DNA from: Acidimicrobiales bacterium
Lineage (GTDB): Bacteria > Actinomycetota > Acidimicrobiia > Acidimicrobiales > JAVJTC01
Length of the DNA stretch: 64,000 nucleotides
Assembly: GCA_040219085.1 (NCBI GenBank)
Contig: JAVJTC010000020.1
Span: 208,317 to 272,316 of the forward strand
Direction: 5' to 3'
Shown here: in pieces, positions 39,746 through 48,518 of the stretch
Position numbering within the stretch: position 1 is the first letter of the stretch
Layout of the letters: the number at the start of each line of letters is the position of its first letter
Position numbers and translations under genes: made by a program
Notes under the pieces: generated by a model
Told to the model about the DNA's origin: nothing
Databases searched by the model: none
The model's input: the letters and a program-made list of their open reading frames with translations, nothing else

Positions 39746-40158
39746 GTGCGGAGGCGGGATCCGGTCCGGAGTCTGTCAGACGAGGCCGTCGGGCCCTGTT
39801 CACGGACCCTTCGGAACTGGACGAGGCCGTCGCGGGACCCGGTCCACGGGACGCGGACACCCCGCCCGGCGGGCACACGGCTGAGCCGCGACCGGCTTCT
39901 TCGCCGCCCATGGGTGACCGCCCTGTGCGTGACAGCGCCGCTGACGTGCACGACGACGACGGCACCGGGCGCCGCGTCAGGGTCGAGTGTTCGGTGTGTG
40001 GTGCGGTGACGAGACCCCGACTCGTGGAGGTCGTGGGTGAGGCGGTTCGGCCGTTCTCGTGGTGGGTGCCCGTGAAGCGTCACTCGCGATGGTTGCGCTG
40101 CCGGGCGTGCGGTTCCCGGGCGTGGTGCCGCGTCGAGTGGCTCTCCGCTCTCGACTGA
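39742..40158 (+). CDS. Hypothetical protein: disordered acidic/Pro-rich N-half plus C-terminal CxxC..CxxC zinc-ribbon-like domain
   Basis: ATGA overlap with the ParA-like gene. C-terminus RVECSVCGAV..(37 aa)..RCRACGSRAWC. 138 aa. Confidence 0.6.
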   Translation: MSAEAGSGPESVRRGRRALFTDPSELDEAVAGPGPRDADTPPGGHTAEPRPASSPPMGDRPVRDSAADVHDDDGTGRRVRVECSVCGAVTRPRLVEVVGEAVRPFSWWVPVKRHSRWLRCRACGSRAWCRVEWLSALD

Positions 40159-40245
40159 GCGGTGTGGTGTCGCTGGAGGGTCCCTGCCGTATCCGGGCCC
40201 TAAGGTCCTTCGCACGGGTCGAATCCTGTTCTAGGTTCGGTCGGC

Positions 40246-41667
40246 ATGCAGGAAGTTCACCTCGCCCCCATGGATCCACAGCGACTCGAGCCCGTCATCG
40301 GGATCGAGCGCTTCGAGAGCTTCGCTCACGAGCTCGCTCCGCGGATGGCCGAGGCGTTCGACGGTGTCGCGATCGTCAACGTGAATTCCACCCCCGCCGG
40401 GGGTGGGGTGGCCGAGATGTTGCACGTCCTGCTGCCGGTGACCCGCGGGCTCGGGATCGACGCCCGCTGGTTGGCCATCGAGGGCGAGCCGGTGTTCTTC
40501 GCCGTGACGAAGCGGCTCCACAACTTCATACACGGGGCGGCAGGTGACGGTGGCGTTCTCGACGAGGCCGCCCATGAGGCGTATGTCGCGGTGACGCATT
40601 CCAACGACGCCGAGCTGAAGGGGTTCGTGAAGCCGGGGGACCCGATCATCCTCCATGACCCGCAGACGGCCGGCCTCGCCGAGGGATGCCGGCGGCGCGG
40701 CCACCCGGTGGTCTGGCGGTGCCACATCGGCGCGGACGCTGCGAACGAGCGGACCGAGGCGGCCTGGGCCTTCCTGCGTCGCTACCTCGAGGGCAACGTG
40801 GACGCCTACGTCTTCACCCGCCGCGAGTACGCCCCGGACTGGGTGCCTGCCGACCGGCTGTTCGTCATCCCGCCGTCCATCGACCCCTTGTCGCCGAAGA
40901 ACGCCGAGCTCTCCTCATCTGACGCATGCAGGATCCTGCAGAAGATCGGGGTCCTCGACGGCGACCCACAGGGCGACGTGGCGCTCACGCGCCCCGACGG
41001 GTCCCCGATGAGGGTCCGCCACTATGCGGACGTGGTCAGGACGGGGCCGGCCACGCCACCGCAGTCACCGTTGGTGGTGCAGGTGTCGCGCTGGGACCAC
41101 CTCAAGGACATGGTGGGCGTGATGCAGGGGTTCGCCGATCACGTCTTCGACGGCCACGGTGCACATCTCGCCCTCGTCGGACCGGTGGTCACGGCGGTGG
41201 CCGATGATCCCGAGGGTGCCGAGGTGCTCCAGGAGTGCTGGAACCACTGGCGCGGTCTGCCTCACGCGGCCCGGGCGAGGATCCAGCTCGTGTGCCTCCC
41301 GATGGGCGACGGCGTCGAGAACGCATGGCTCGTCAACGCGCTCCAGCGTCATGCGGCGGTGGTGGTCCAGAAGAGCCTCGCGGAAGGGTTCGGTCTCACG
41401 GTCACAGAGGCGATGTTCAAGGGTCGGCCCGTCGTCGCGTCCGCGGTCGGCGGGATCGTCGACCAGATCGTGGACGGCGAGTCCGGGCTGCTGGTGCGGG
41501 ACCCGACCGACCTGGCGTCGTTCGGCGCGGCCGTCCGGTCGATCCTCGATGACCGGGACCTCGGTCAGCGCCTCGGTGAGGGTGCGCGTGTGCGGGCCGG
41601 TGAACTCTTTCTCACGGACACACACCTGGCGGCCTGGGCCGAGGTGGTCTCGTCGCTACGGGGTTGA
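40246..41667 (+). CDS. GT4-family glycosyltransferase, TreT-like (trehalose glycosyltransferring synthase-like)
   Basis: The N-terminal VNSTPAGGGVAEMLHVLLPVTRGLGIDARWLAIEGEPVFFAVTKRLHNFIHG resembles the TreT signature as I recall it. C-terminal GT-B motif EGFGLTVTEAMFKGRPVV. 473 aa. Confidence 0.7.
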   Translation: MQEVHLAPMDPQRLEPVIGIERFESFAHELAPRMAEAFDGVAIVNVNSTPAGGGVAEMLHVLLPVTRGLGIDARWLAIEGEPVFFAVTKRLHNFIHGAAGDGGVLDEAAHEAYVAVTHSNDAELKGFVKPGDPIILHDPQTAGLAEGCRRRGHPVVWRCHIGADAANERTEAAWAFLRRYLEGNVDAYVFTRREYAPDWVPADRLFVIPPSIDPLSPKNAELSSSDACRILQKIGVLDGDPQGDVALTRPDGSPMRVRHYADVVRTGPATPPQSPLVVQVSRWDHLKDMVGVMQGFADHVFDGHGAHLALVGPVVTAVADDPEGAEVLQECWNHWRGLPHAARARIQLVCLPMGDGVENAWLVNALQRHAAVVVQKSLAEGFGLTVTEAMFKGRPVVASAVGGIVDQIVDGESGLLVRDPTDLASFGAAVRSILDDRDLGQRLGEGARVRAGELFLTDTHLAAWAEVVSSLRG

Positions 41668-41696
41668 TCCGGGCGGTTGCGGCGCTGCCGCGTCGC

Positions 41697-42659
41697 TCAG
41701 CGGTCGAGGACCGGCGCGGTCGCGAGTGACGAGTCGAGCCGGGCGAGGAGGTCGGCGTCGCCGTCGCCGGGGTTCGGGGTGGTGAGCAGGCGGTCACCGA
41801 CGAAGATGCTGTTGGCGCCTGCGTGGAGACAGAGGGCCTGCATCTCCGCCGACATCTCGCTGCGTCCGGCGGACAGGCGCACCACCGAGTGCGGCATCGT
41901 GAGGCGTGCCGCGGCGATCGTGCGGACCACTTCGAGGCTGTCGAGAGGCTCGACATCGGCGAGCGGCGTGCCCGGTGCCCTGACGAGGAGGTTGACGGGG
42001 ACGCTCTCGGGGTGGGGGTTCAGCGAGGCCAGCTGCGCCAGCAGCCCGGCGCGGTCCCGGCGGGTCTCTCCCATCCCGACGATGCCGCCGGTGCACAGCG
42101 CCAGCCCGGCCCGTCGGCAGCTCTCGAGGGTCTCGAGGCGGTCCTCGTAGGTGCGGGTCGTGATGATCTGTCCGTAGAAATCCGGCGACGTGTCGAGGTT
42201 GTGGTTGTAGTAGTCGAGTCCCGCCTCGGCGAGGGCCGTCGCCTGCGGGTCGGTGAGCATCCCGAGCGTGACGCAGGTCTCCATACCCAGTTCGGCGACG
42301 GCGCTGATGGCGCCGGCGACCCGGTCGACCTGACGATCCGTCGGGGACCGCCACGCGGCGCCCATGCAGAACCGTGTGGCTCCCTCCGCCCGCGCCTCGC
42401 GTGCGGCGGTGACGATGTCGTCGGTGGACAGCAGTGCCTCCAGTTGGACCGACGCCTCGTGGTGCGCCGACTGGGGGCAGTACGCGCAGTCTTCGGGGCA
42501 ACCGCCCGTCTTGATCGACAGGAGGCGGGCACCCTCGACCACCGCCGGGTCGAAGTTCTCCCGGTGGGCCCCGTGCGCCCGGTGGAGGAGGTCGTGGAAC
42601 GGCGACTCGAGCACCTCGAGCACGTCGTCGGTCGTCCAGTCGTGGCGTAGCTGTGTCAT
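41697..42659 (-). CDS. bioB: Biotin synthase
   Basis: Radical-SAM [11 protein letters not shown], then YNHNLDTS and GGIVGMGE. 320 aa. Confidence 0.95.
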   Translation of the reverse strand: MTQLRHDWTTDDVLEVLESPFHDLLHRAHGAHRENFDPAVVEGARLLSIKTGGCPEDCAYCPQSAHHEASVQLEALLSTDDIVTAAREARAEGATRFCMGAAWRSPTDRQVDRVAGAISAVAELGMETCVTLGMLTDPQATALAEAGLDYYNHNLDTSPDFYGQIITTRTYEDRLETLESCRRAGLALCTGGIVGMGETRRDRAGLLAQLASLNPHPESVPVNLLVRAPGTPLADVEPLDSLEVVRTIAAARLTMPHSVVRLSAGRSEMSAEMQALCLHAGANSIFVGDRLLTTPNPGDGDADLLARLDSSLATAPVLDR

Positions 42660-42783
42660 CGCCGGGGAGCGTACCTCGCGGTCGTCGGGGGCTGGGCCTG
42701 TACCGTTCGCTGTGATCCCGGTCCGGCGACACCGGCGACCGACGGGTATCGCAGTGTCACAGCCGACCCGGTACTGGCGGAAG

Positions 42784-43317
42784 ATGGCTTTCCCCTCCGA
42801 ACCTGACGAGGCCTTCGCCGAGTTCTTCGAGTCCGCCCGCTCACGGTGTCTGCGAGCGGTCGTCCTGACCGTTCGGGACCGCCACCTCGGTGAGGATCTG
42901 CTCGAGGAGGCCTTCGTGCGTGCCTACGAGCGCTGGGACCGACTGCACACGCATCCGAACCCGTCTGCGTGGGTGGTGACCACGGCGGTGAACCTGAGCC
43001 GTCGCCGCTGGCGTCGTGGCCAGAGGGAGGTCGAGTTGACTCCGCCCGCCCACGATGTTCCGGCGCCGGACGAACCGATGGACGCCGTGCTTCTCGATGC
43101 CGTCCTCGCACTGCCCGACCGTCAACGAGAGGTCGTCGCGCACCGCCTGGTCCTCGAATCGTCGACGAACCAGACCGCCGAGGCTCTCGGGATCTCCCCG
43201 AAGACCGTCACGGTGCATCTTCACCGGGCGCTCAGGACGTTGAACTCAGACGAAGGACTACGGAATCTCTGGAGCGACGATGGCGCCGACCTCGGCGATG
43301 ATCTCGGTGGCGGGTAA
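42784..43317 (+). CDS. ECF-type RNA polymerase sigma factor
   Basis: Region 2 ([35 protein letters not shown]) and region 4 HTH ([40 protein letters not shown]). ATG 42784 chosen. Confidence 0.85.
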   Translation: MAFPSEPDEAFAEFFESARSRCLRAVVLTVRDRHLGEDLLEEAFVRAYERWDRLHTHPNPSAWVVTTAVNLSRRRWRRGQREVELTPPAHDVPAPDEPMDAVLLDAVLALPDRQREVVAHRLVLESSTNQTAEALGISPKTVTVHLHRALRTLNSDEGLRNLWSDDGADLGDDLGGG

Positions 43318-43393
43318 GTGATGGGACGTGCCCCGGGGCTAAACCCGTGTGGGGCCGCAGTGTCGTGGGCCCGTTACTCGATGAACGGAGGGG

Positions 43394-44365
43394 GTGACTC
43401 GAGTGGATGAGGAGCGGATCGGGCGCGCCGTGCGTCGCAGCGTCGGCCACCTCCACTACGACCGACCGTTCGTGATCCCCTCTCGTCGGCGACCGCGTGG
43501 CCGGGTGCTTGCAGCCGTTGCTGCGGCGGTCGTGCTCGTGGCGGGAATCGTGGCCCTGTCGATGAGCCTGGGTGGTGGGGGACAGGCCTCTGCCGATACA
43601 CCCCCGCCGCTCGAGTTCGACCCGGTCGACCTGTCGCTGACCGAGGTCCTGGACCGTGCCGCTTCGGCTGCGTCCGCGGCCCCTGATCAGCGTCCGCCCG
43701 ACGGCGCGTACCGCTACTCGGTCGGGGAGGCCTGGTACGTCGAGGAGGACCCCTCGGGCACGCGTCAGGTCGTGTCCGCCGTCATGGAGAACTGGATCGG
43801 AGCAGATGGTTTCGGTCGACGCGAAGAGCGGGTCGGCCACGACATCGAGGCGGGTCAGATCGTCCACGACGACGCGCCCGACTTCGACGCCGAGCCCTAT
43901 GCGGTCTACGACGATGTCCCGCTGGTGGACATGGCGTTCGAACTGGTGCCGGACGATCCCGCCGCCCGGGTGGGCGCGGACGACCTGGGGATCAGCGCCT
44001 TCGCCGCCGATCGGGATGCTGCGGCGTTCGAGCGGATAACGACGCTGCTCGCGGCCGCTCCTCTCTCGCCGGTTCAGAGGGGGGTCCTGTGGTCGAGCCT
44101 CGGCGAGTTGAGCCGGGTCGAACTTCTGGGCATCACCACGGATCGACATGGTCGGCAGGCGTTCGGCATCGCCCGTCCCTCCTACCTCGGCGGGCTGGCG
44201 AGCGAGAACATCGTCCTGATCGATCCAGCCACCGGCGAGATTCTGGGGGGCGAGAGCATCTACATCGGCCCGTCGAGCCCCGTCGACGGTGCCCAGCCCG
44301 CGCTGACGAACTTCGTCGTCTACGTCGGTTCGGCCATCGTCGACAACCCGGGCGACCGCCCGTAG
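43394..44365 (+). CDS. Single-pass membrane protein downstream of ECF sigma (candidate anti-sigma/sigma-associated protein)
   Basis: GGAGGGGG precedes the GTG start. ~36-aa cytoplasmic N-terminus, one TM helix (VLAAVAAAVVLVAGIVALSM), ~260-aa external domain. Confidence 0.6.
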   Translation: MTRVDEERIGRAVRRSVGHLHYDRPFVIPSRRRPRGRVLAAVAAAVVLVAGIVALSMSLGGGGQASADTPPPLEFDPVDLSLTEVLDRAASAASAAPDQRPPDGAYRYSVGEAWYVEEDPSGTRQVVSAVMENWIGADGFGRREERVGHDIEAGQIVHDDAPDFDAEPYAVYDDVPLVDMAFELVPDDPAARVGADDLGISAFAADRDAAAFERITTLLAAAPLSPVQRGVLWSSLGELSRVELLGITTDRHGRQAFGIARPSYLGGLASENIVLIDPATGEILGGESIYIGPSSPVDGAQPALTNFVVYVGSAIVDNPGDRP

Positions 44366-44390
44366 CTGCGAGGCACGGCCCGGAACGACG

Positions 44391-44434
44391 AAACCCCAGG
44401 TGCCGCCGAAACAGCGGCTGACCTGGGGTTTTGC
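44391..44434. terminator. Strong bidirectional intrinsic terminator
   Basis: AAACCCCAGGT..(inner GCCGC-CGAAACA-GCGGC)..ACCTGGGGTTTT. Perfect 11-bp outer stem followed by a T run. It lies after the 43394-44365 gene on the + strand and right after the tRNA-Lys 3' end on the - strand. Confidence 0.75.
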
Positions 44435-44438
44435 CGAG

Positions 44439-44511
44439 TACGCCCCCTGGGACTCGAACCCAGAACCTGCGGATTAAGAGTCCGATGCTCTACCAATTGA
44501 GCTAGAGGCGC
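44439..44511 (-). tRNA. tRNA-Lys (anticodon CTT)
   Basis: Acceptor GCGCCTC/GGGGCGT (with G-U pairs), D-arm GCTC-AATTGGTA-GAGC, anticodon loop CTCTTAA, T-arm CTGGG-TTCGAGT-CCCAG. 73 nt. Confidence 0.9.
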
Positions 44512-44576
44512 ATGTGGGGTGCCGATGCTACCGGCGACGGGACGGTGCCCGTGCGATCGCGGAAGTCCGGACCTTG

Positions 44577-44651
44577 GGTGACCGAGGGGTTTCGAACCCC
44601 CGACCTCCGGGACCACAACCCGGCGCTCTAACCAACTGAGCTACGGCCACC
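44577..44651 (-). tRNA. tRNA-His (anticodon GTG) with encoded G-1
   Basis: Acceptor GTGGCCG/CGGTCAC preceded by an extra G opposite discriminator C. Anticodon arm CCGGG-TTGTGGT-CCCGG. T-loop TTCGAAA. Confidence 0.92.
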
Positions 44652-44715
44652 ATGTCTCCACCGCGGTGGAGGACGACTCATGATAGGGCGGCGTCACGTC
44701 ACGGCGACACGGGAT

Positions 44716-45480
44716 TCACTGCGAAGGTCCGGACCGCTCCGTCGAGCTCGTCGCCACCGTCGTCTCCGCCAGTTCGGTGACGGCGACGTAGCCGGCGTCG
44801 ACCAGGGCCGTGTCGGAGTCCTCGGCGCTGTCGAAGTGTCCTCCGGACTGGAACTCGGCCCGGAACCGGCCCGGTTCGGCCTCCGAGAGCGTGGGGGAGT
44901 GAAGCGCGAAGGGGATGCGATCGGCGAGGGTCGCCCGGCGGGTGCCGCGCAGTTCGCCGGGCGGCAGGTTCGGCACGTTGACGTTCAACAGCCGCGGTTC
45001 GGCCACGAGGTCCGCGAGGAATCCGGCGGCGACCTCGGCCGCTGTCTCCCAGTGCTGAGCGTCACCCGCGCCCGCTGCGGGCTGGCTGACGGCCAGAGCG
45101 GGGATCGCGAACACCCGTGCCGTGATGCACGCGCCGACGGTCCCGGAGAAGTGGACGGAGTGCCCGACGTTCCAGCCGAGGTTGATCCCGGAGAACACGA
45201 CGTCGGGCGGGTCCCCGAAGATCCCCTGGCAGGCGAGGAGCGCCGCGAGCGCCGGCGGCCCGTCGAAGTGGTAGGCGGCCGCCACGCCCTCGAGCCCGGG
45301 GCGGTCCACCACGTGAACGTCGGGGATGCCGTGGCCGAGGTGTCCGATCGAGGCCCCGGCGCCGGAGTAGTCCCGTGAGGGCACGAACACCGTCACGTCG
45401 CCGTGGGGCGTCAGCGCCCGTGCGAGGGCGTGGACGCCTTCGGAGTCGATGCCGTCGTCGTTGGTCACCAGGACGCGCAC
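44716..45480 (-). CDS. surE: 5'/3'-nucleotidase SurE
   Basis: VRVLVTNDDGIDSEGVHALARAL, SGAGASIG, SGINLGWNVG..HFSGTVGA. GTG 45480 chosen. Confidence 0.92.
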   Translation of the reverse strand: MRVLVTNDDGIDSEGVHALARALTPHGDVTVFVPSRDYSGAGASIGHLGHGIPDVHVVDRPGLEGVAAAYHFDGPPALAALLACQGIFGDPPDVVFSGINLGWNVGHSVHFSGTVGACITARVFAIPALAVSQPAAGAGDAQHWETAAEVAAGFLADLVAEPRLLNVNVPNLPPGELRGTRRATLADRIPFALHSPTLSEAEPGRFRAEFQSGGHFDSAEDSDTALVDAGYVAVTELAETTVATSSTERSGPSQ

Positions 45481-45524
45481 GTGGGGTTCCTTCGTCGTGG
45501 GCGGGGGAGGGCGGGTCAGCCCCG

Positions 45525-47177
45525 TCAGACGTCGAGCATCTCGCGGAGCTTGAACTTCTGGATCTTGGTGGCGGACATGGGCCACTCGTCCACGAAGCGG
45601 ACCTCGCGGGGGATCTTGAACGAGGCGATCTCGCCTTCGCAGTGCGCGATCAGTTCCTCGGCGGTGACCGTCGCCCCCGAGACGAGCTCGACGAACGCGA
45701 CGGGAACCTCGCCGTAGGTCTCGTCGGGTACGCCGACGACCTGGGCGATCTGCACCGCCGGGTGGGTGGAGAGCTGCGCCTCGATCTCGGTGGGCGCCAC
45801 GTTCTCGCCGCCGACCTTCAACATGTCTTTGAGGCGGCTGCGGTACGAGACACGGCCGTTGTCGTCCATGCATCCCATGTCGCCGGTGCGGATCCAACCC
45901 CCGGGGAGAATCGTCGCCGCGGTCTTCTCGGGATCATTCAAGTAGCACTCGAGGGTCGAGTAGCCCCGCAGGTGGATCTCACCGACCGTGCCGGTGGGTG
46001 TCTCCTCACCGGTCTCGGGATCGACGATGCGTGCCTCGATCCCGTCAAGGGGTCGACCGGAGGTCTCGGTGCGGTCCTCGAGGCTGTCGTCGAGTTCGCC
46101 CAGGCAGGCCGTGCCGCAGTTCTCGGTCTGCCCGAAGGCGCTGATCTGGGTCATGTGGGGCGCCAGCGACTGCATGAGGCGCAGCGTGTCGGGCGGCGCG
46201 ACGTTCATCATCATCCGCACCGACGCGGTGCGCTCGACCGAGTAGTCGGGGTGGCGCAGGATGGCCATCGCGATCGTCGGGAACGCCGTGTAGATGTGGG
46301 TGACCTCCTCGGCCTCGATCAGGTCGATCGCGACGCCGGGGTCGAAGTGGGTCTGGGTCACGAAGGTCCCGCCCTGCCACATCACCGAGATCATCGGGCC
46401 CGTGCCGGCCATGTGGAACATCGGGCAGCCGGTCCAGAACTTGTCGCCCGGTCGCACACCCATCCGGTGGCCGGTGGCGATCCAGTCGCGGACCACGGCC
46501 TCGTGGGTGAGCACGCACCCCTTCGGCAGCGAGGTGGTTCCCGACGTGTAGTGGATCATCGACACGTCCCGGACCCGGACCAGGCGACTCTCCCGCAGGA
46601 TCTCGGCCGGGTCGATGTCGGCACCGAGGGAGTCGAAGGTCGCCTCGTCGATCATTCCGGGCGCGGTCCGCTCGCCGAGCAGGACGACGTTGCGTAGCTG
46701 TGGTGCTCCGGGGAGGTCCAGGTGGAGGAGGTCGTCGGCGTCGGTCAGCCCGGGGACGGCCTCGGTGAGCCGTTCCGCGAAGTCGACGTGGTCGTCGATG
46801 ATGTCGCTCGTGACGATGGTGACGAGGCCGCCGTCGGTGACGGTGTGGGACAGTTCGCGCCGGCGGAAACGGGTGTTGATCGGCACGACCACGGCACCGA
46901 GGAACGACGCGGCGAACTGGGTGGCGATGAAGTCGACCGAGTTCGGTATGAGGATTCCGACGTGGTCGCCGCGTTCGACGCCGAGCGCCCGAAGCGACGC
47001 GGCGCGCCGGAACGACTCGGCTGCGAGTTCGCCGTAGGTGAGTCGCTCGTGGGGCAGGACGACCGCGATGTCGTCGGGCGCCCGTGCGGCGATCCGTAGC
47101 AGCAGGTCCCCGAGGGTCGTGACCTCGCTCCACAACATGTCGGGGTCGAGCAGCCCGGCGGGCAGTGGTTCGGCCAT
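45525..47177 (-). CDS. AMP-dependent acyl-CoA synthetase/ligase
   Basis: AMP-binding motifs YTSGTTSLPKG, GEIHLRGYS, GWIRTGDMG, LKDMLKVGGENV. 550 aa. Confidence 0.9.
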   Translation of the reverse strand: MAEPLPAGLLDPDMLWSEVTTLGDLLLRIAARAPDDIAVVLPHERLTYGELAAESFRRAASLRALGVERGDHVGILIPNSVDFIATQFAASFLGAVVVPINTRFRRRELSHTVTDGGLVTIVTSDIIDDHVDFAERLTEAVPGLTDADDLLHLDLPGAPQLRNVVLLGERTAPGMIDEATFDSLGADIDPAEILRESRLVRVRDVSMIHYTSGTTSLPKGCVLTHEAVVRDWIATGHRMGVRPGDKFWTGCPMFHMAGTGPMISVMWQGGTFVTQTHFDPGVAIDLIEAEEVTHIYTAFPTIAMAILRHPDYSVERTASVRMMMNVAPPDTLRLMQSLAPHMTQISAFGQTENCGTACLGELDDSLEDRTETSGRPLDGIEARIVDPETGEETPTGTVGEIHLRGYSTLECYLNDPEKTAATILPGGWIRTGDMGCMDDNGRVSYRSRLKDMLKVGGENVAPTEIEAQLSTHPAVQIAQVVGVPDETYGEVPVAFVELVSGATVTAEELIAHCEGEIASFKIPREVRFVDEWPMSATKIQKFKLREMLDV

Positions 47178-47217
47178 GCGACGACGCTACCCGCGACGGT
47201 CGTAGCCTGAGGACTCC

Positions 47218-47291
47218 GCCTCCGTAGCTCAGATGGATAGAGCAGTGGACTTCTAATCCTCAGGTCGCAGGTTCGAATCCTGCCGGGGGCG
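47218..47291 (+). tRNA. tRNA-Arg (anticodon TCT)
   Basis: Acceptor GCCTCCG/CGGGGGC, D-arm GCTC-AGATGGATA-GAGC, anticodon arm GTGGA-CTTCTAA-TCCTC (one U-U mismatch), T-arm GCAGG-TTCGAAT-CCTGC. 74 nt. Confidence 0.85.
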
Positions 47292-47364
47292 CCGATGTGA
47301 TGCCGCAGGTGGCGCCGGGGGTGATGGTGCGGACGGTCTCGTGGCGGTAACGCTCCGGAGCGGT

Positions 47365-47419
47365 GTCATAGCGAATTGGTCGCCTTCGGGAGCAGTGTGA
47401 GGCTGGAATTCGCTATGAC
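47365..47419. repeat. Copy 2 of the inverted-repeat element: perfect 13-bp arms GTCATAGCGAATT / AATTCGCTATGAC, 29-nt spacer
   Basis: Read directly. It starts 74 nt after the tRNA-Arg 3' end and lies between convergent genes. Confidence 0.85.
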
Positions 47420-47483
47420 GCTGTCGCCAGCGGATGACCGGGATAATCGCTATGACACTGTCGCCAGCGGATGACCGGGATGT
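47410..47483. repeat. Two tandem copies of a 37-bp unit (TCGCTATGAC[G/A]CTGTCGCCAGCGGATGACCGGGAT..)
   Basis: 35 of 37 positions align with one mismatch. The first unit begins inside the right arm of the inverted repeat, so the 10-mer TCGCTATGAC occurs three times (one inverted, two direct). Confidence 0.9.
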
Positions 47484-47519
47484 GGGCTGGTGGGCACCGC
47501 CGGATCCCCGGTCACGGCA

Positions 47520-48518
47520 CTACGACTCGATCTCAGGAGGCTCGGGCGTCTCCGGAGTCTCGATCTCCTCCGGCTCGTCCTCTTCCTCCGGCTCGTCCTC
47601 TTCCTCGGGCTCCTCGGGATCTTCGGGGTCTTCGGGGTCCTCGCCCCCGTGATCGTCTCCATCGTCGGGGGTACCCGTCGGCGTCGGTGTGGCCGTCGGC
47701 GTGCGTGTCGGCGTCGGCGTGGCGCTCGGGCCGGGACCGGGCGTGGGCGTCGATCCGCCGGGGGTCGCTGTCGGCGTGGTGGTCACGCCGCCGTCGGTCG
47801 AGCCCTCGTCGCCGGTGCCGTCCGTGTCGCCACCGGTTCCGCCGTCATCGCCATTCCCGCCGGAATCCGTCGGCCCGGCGGAGCCACCGTCGGTGGTCCC
47901 GCCCGGGACACCTCCGGCATCGCTGCTCGAAGTGACCGGTGCCGCTCCAGAAGAGGTCGTGACGGTGCCGTTGCGCAGTTGGGCGCGCCAGCGGACGTTC
48001 TCGGTGCCGTCGGTCAACAGGAGCTCGATGACGCTTCCATCTTCGGTGACCACGACGTGGGACCAGCCCGGATCGGTGTCGACGGACATGAGGGTGAGGG
48101 CGTCGGCTTCGATACGCACTGTGACCAGGGCCACGTCGATGTCGAAGCGGGCGATGCCGTCGCTTCCCGGGGTGGCCGAGGGTCCGGCTTCGAGCACGAT
48201 CGCCCCGTCGATGGAGGTTCCGTCGCCGGAAACGCCGTCGCCGCCGTCCGTCGTGGATCCGCCGCCGTCAGGGTCGCCGGCGACGGTGATCTCGTTGCCG
48301 CCGTCGTCGCTGCCGCTTCCCGACAGGGCGAACGCAGCAGCCGCCACGGCGATCACGAGGAGTAGCGAGACGCCGAGTCCGGTGACGGCCACGCGCCGGT
48401 TGCGGGCGCGCCGCATGCGGGGGCGCAGTCCCTCGAGCACGGCCTCGGGATGGTCGATCCGGCTCGGGGCCGCTTCGAGCAGACCCCGGCGAATCTCGTC
48501 GTCGAACATGTCGTTCAT
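47520..48518 (-). CDS. Single-pass membrane protein coupled to ECF sigma (candidate anti-sigma) with Gly/Asp/Thr-rich and acidic Glu/Pro C-terminal tail
   Basis: ATGA overlap with the sigma gene. ~44-aa cytoplasmic N-terminus, a TM helix (VAVTGLGVSLLLVIAVAAAAFAL), an external ~90-aa folded-looking segment, then low complexity ending DDGDDHGGEDPEDPEDPEEPEEEDEPEEEDEPEEIETPETPEPPEIES. Confidence 0.65.
   Translation of the reverse strand: MNDMFDDEIRRGLLEAAPSRIDHPEAVLEGLRPRMRRARNRRVAVTGLGVSLLLVIAVAAAAFALSGSGSDDGGNEITVAGDPDGGGSTTDGGDGVSGDGTSIDGAIVLEAGPSATPGSDGIARFDIDVALVTVRIEADALTLMSVDTDPGWSHVVVTEDGSVIELLLTDGTENVRWRAQLRNGTVTTSSGAAPVTSSSDAGGVPGGTTDGGSAGPTDSGGNGDDGGTGGDTDGTGDEGSTDGGVTTTPTATPGGSTPTPGPGPSATPTPTRTPTATPTPTGTPDDGDDHGGEDPEDPEDPEEPEEEDEPEEEDEPEEIETPETPEPPEIES

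Noticed and set aside
44656-44671. Perfect 16-bp palindrome CTCCACCGCGGTGGAG between surE and tRNA-His.
   Set aside because: It would form only a 6-bp stem with a 4-nt loop and has no U tract. From sequence alone it cannot be assigned as a terminator, a processing site or an operator.
25505-47519. Prophage or integrative element bounded by ssrA and tRNA-Arg, both of which carry the same 13-mer in their flanks.
   Set aside because: The interval is full of housekeeping genes (smpB, cysM, rph, clpP, rpe, galE, bioB, surE) and contains no integrase, excisionase, or phage or conjugation genes. I also found no duplicated tRNA or tmRNA 3' segment.
47434-47652. 72-aa ORF starting inside the 37-bp tandem repeats.
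   Set aside because: It starts within the repeat units and continues antisense to the acidic tail of the 47520-48518 gene, giving a poly-Ser/Gly translation. There is no RBS. It is most likely spurious.
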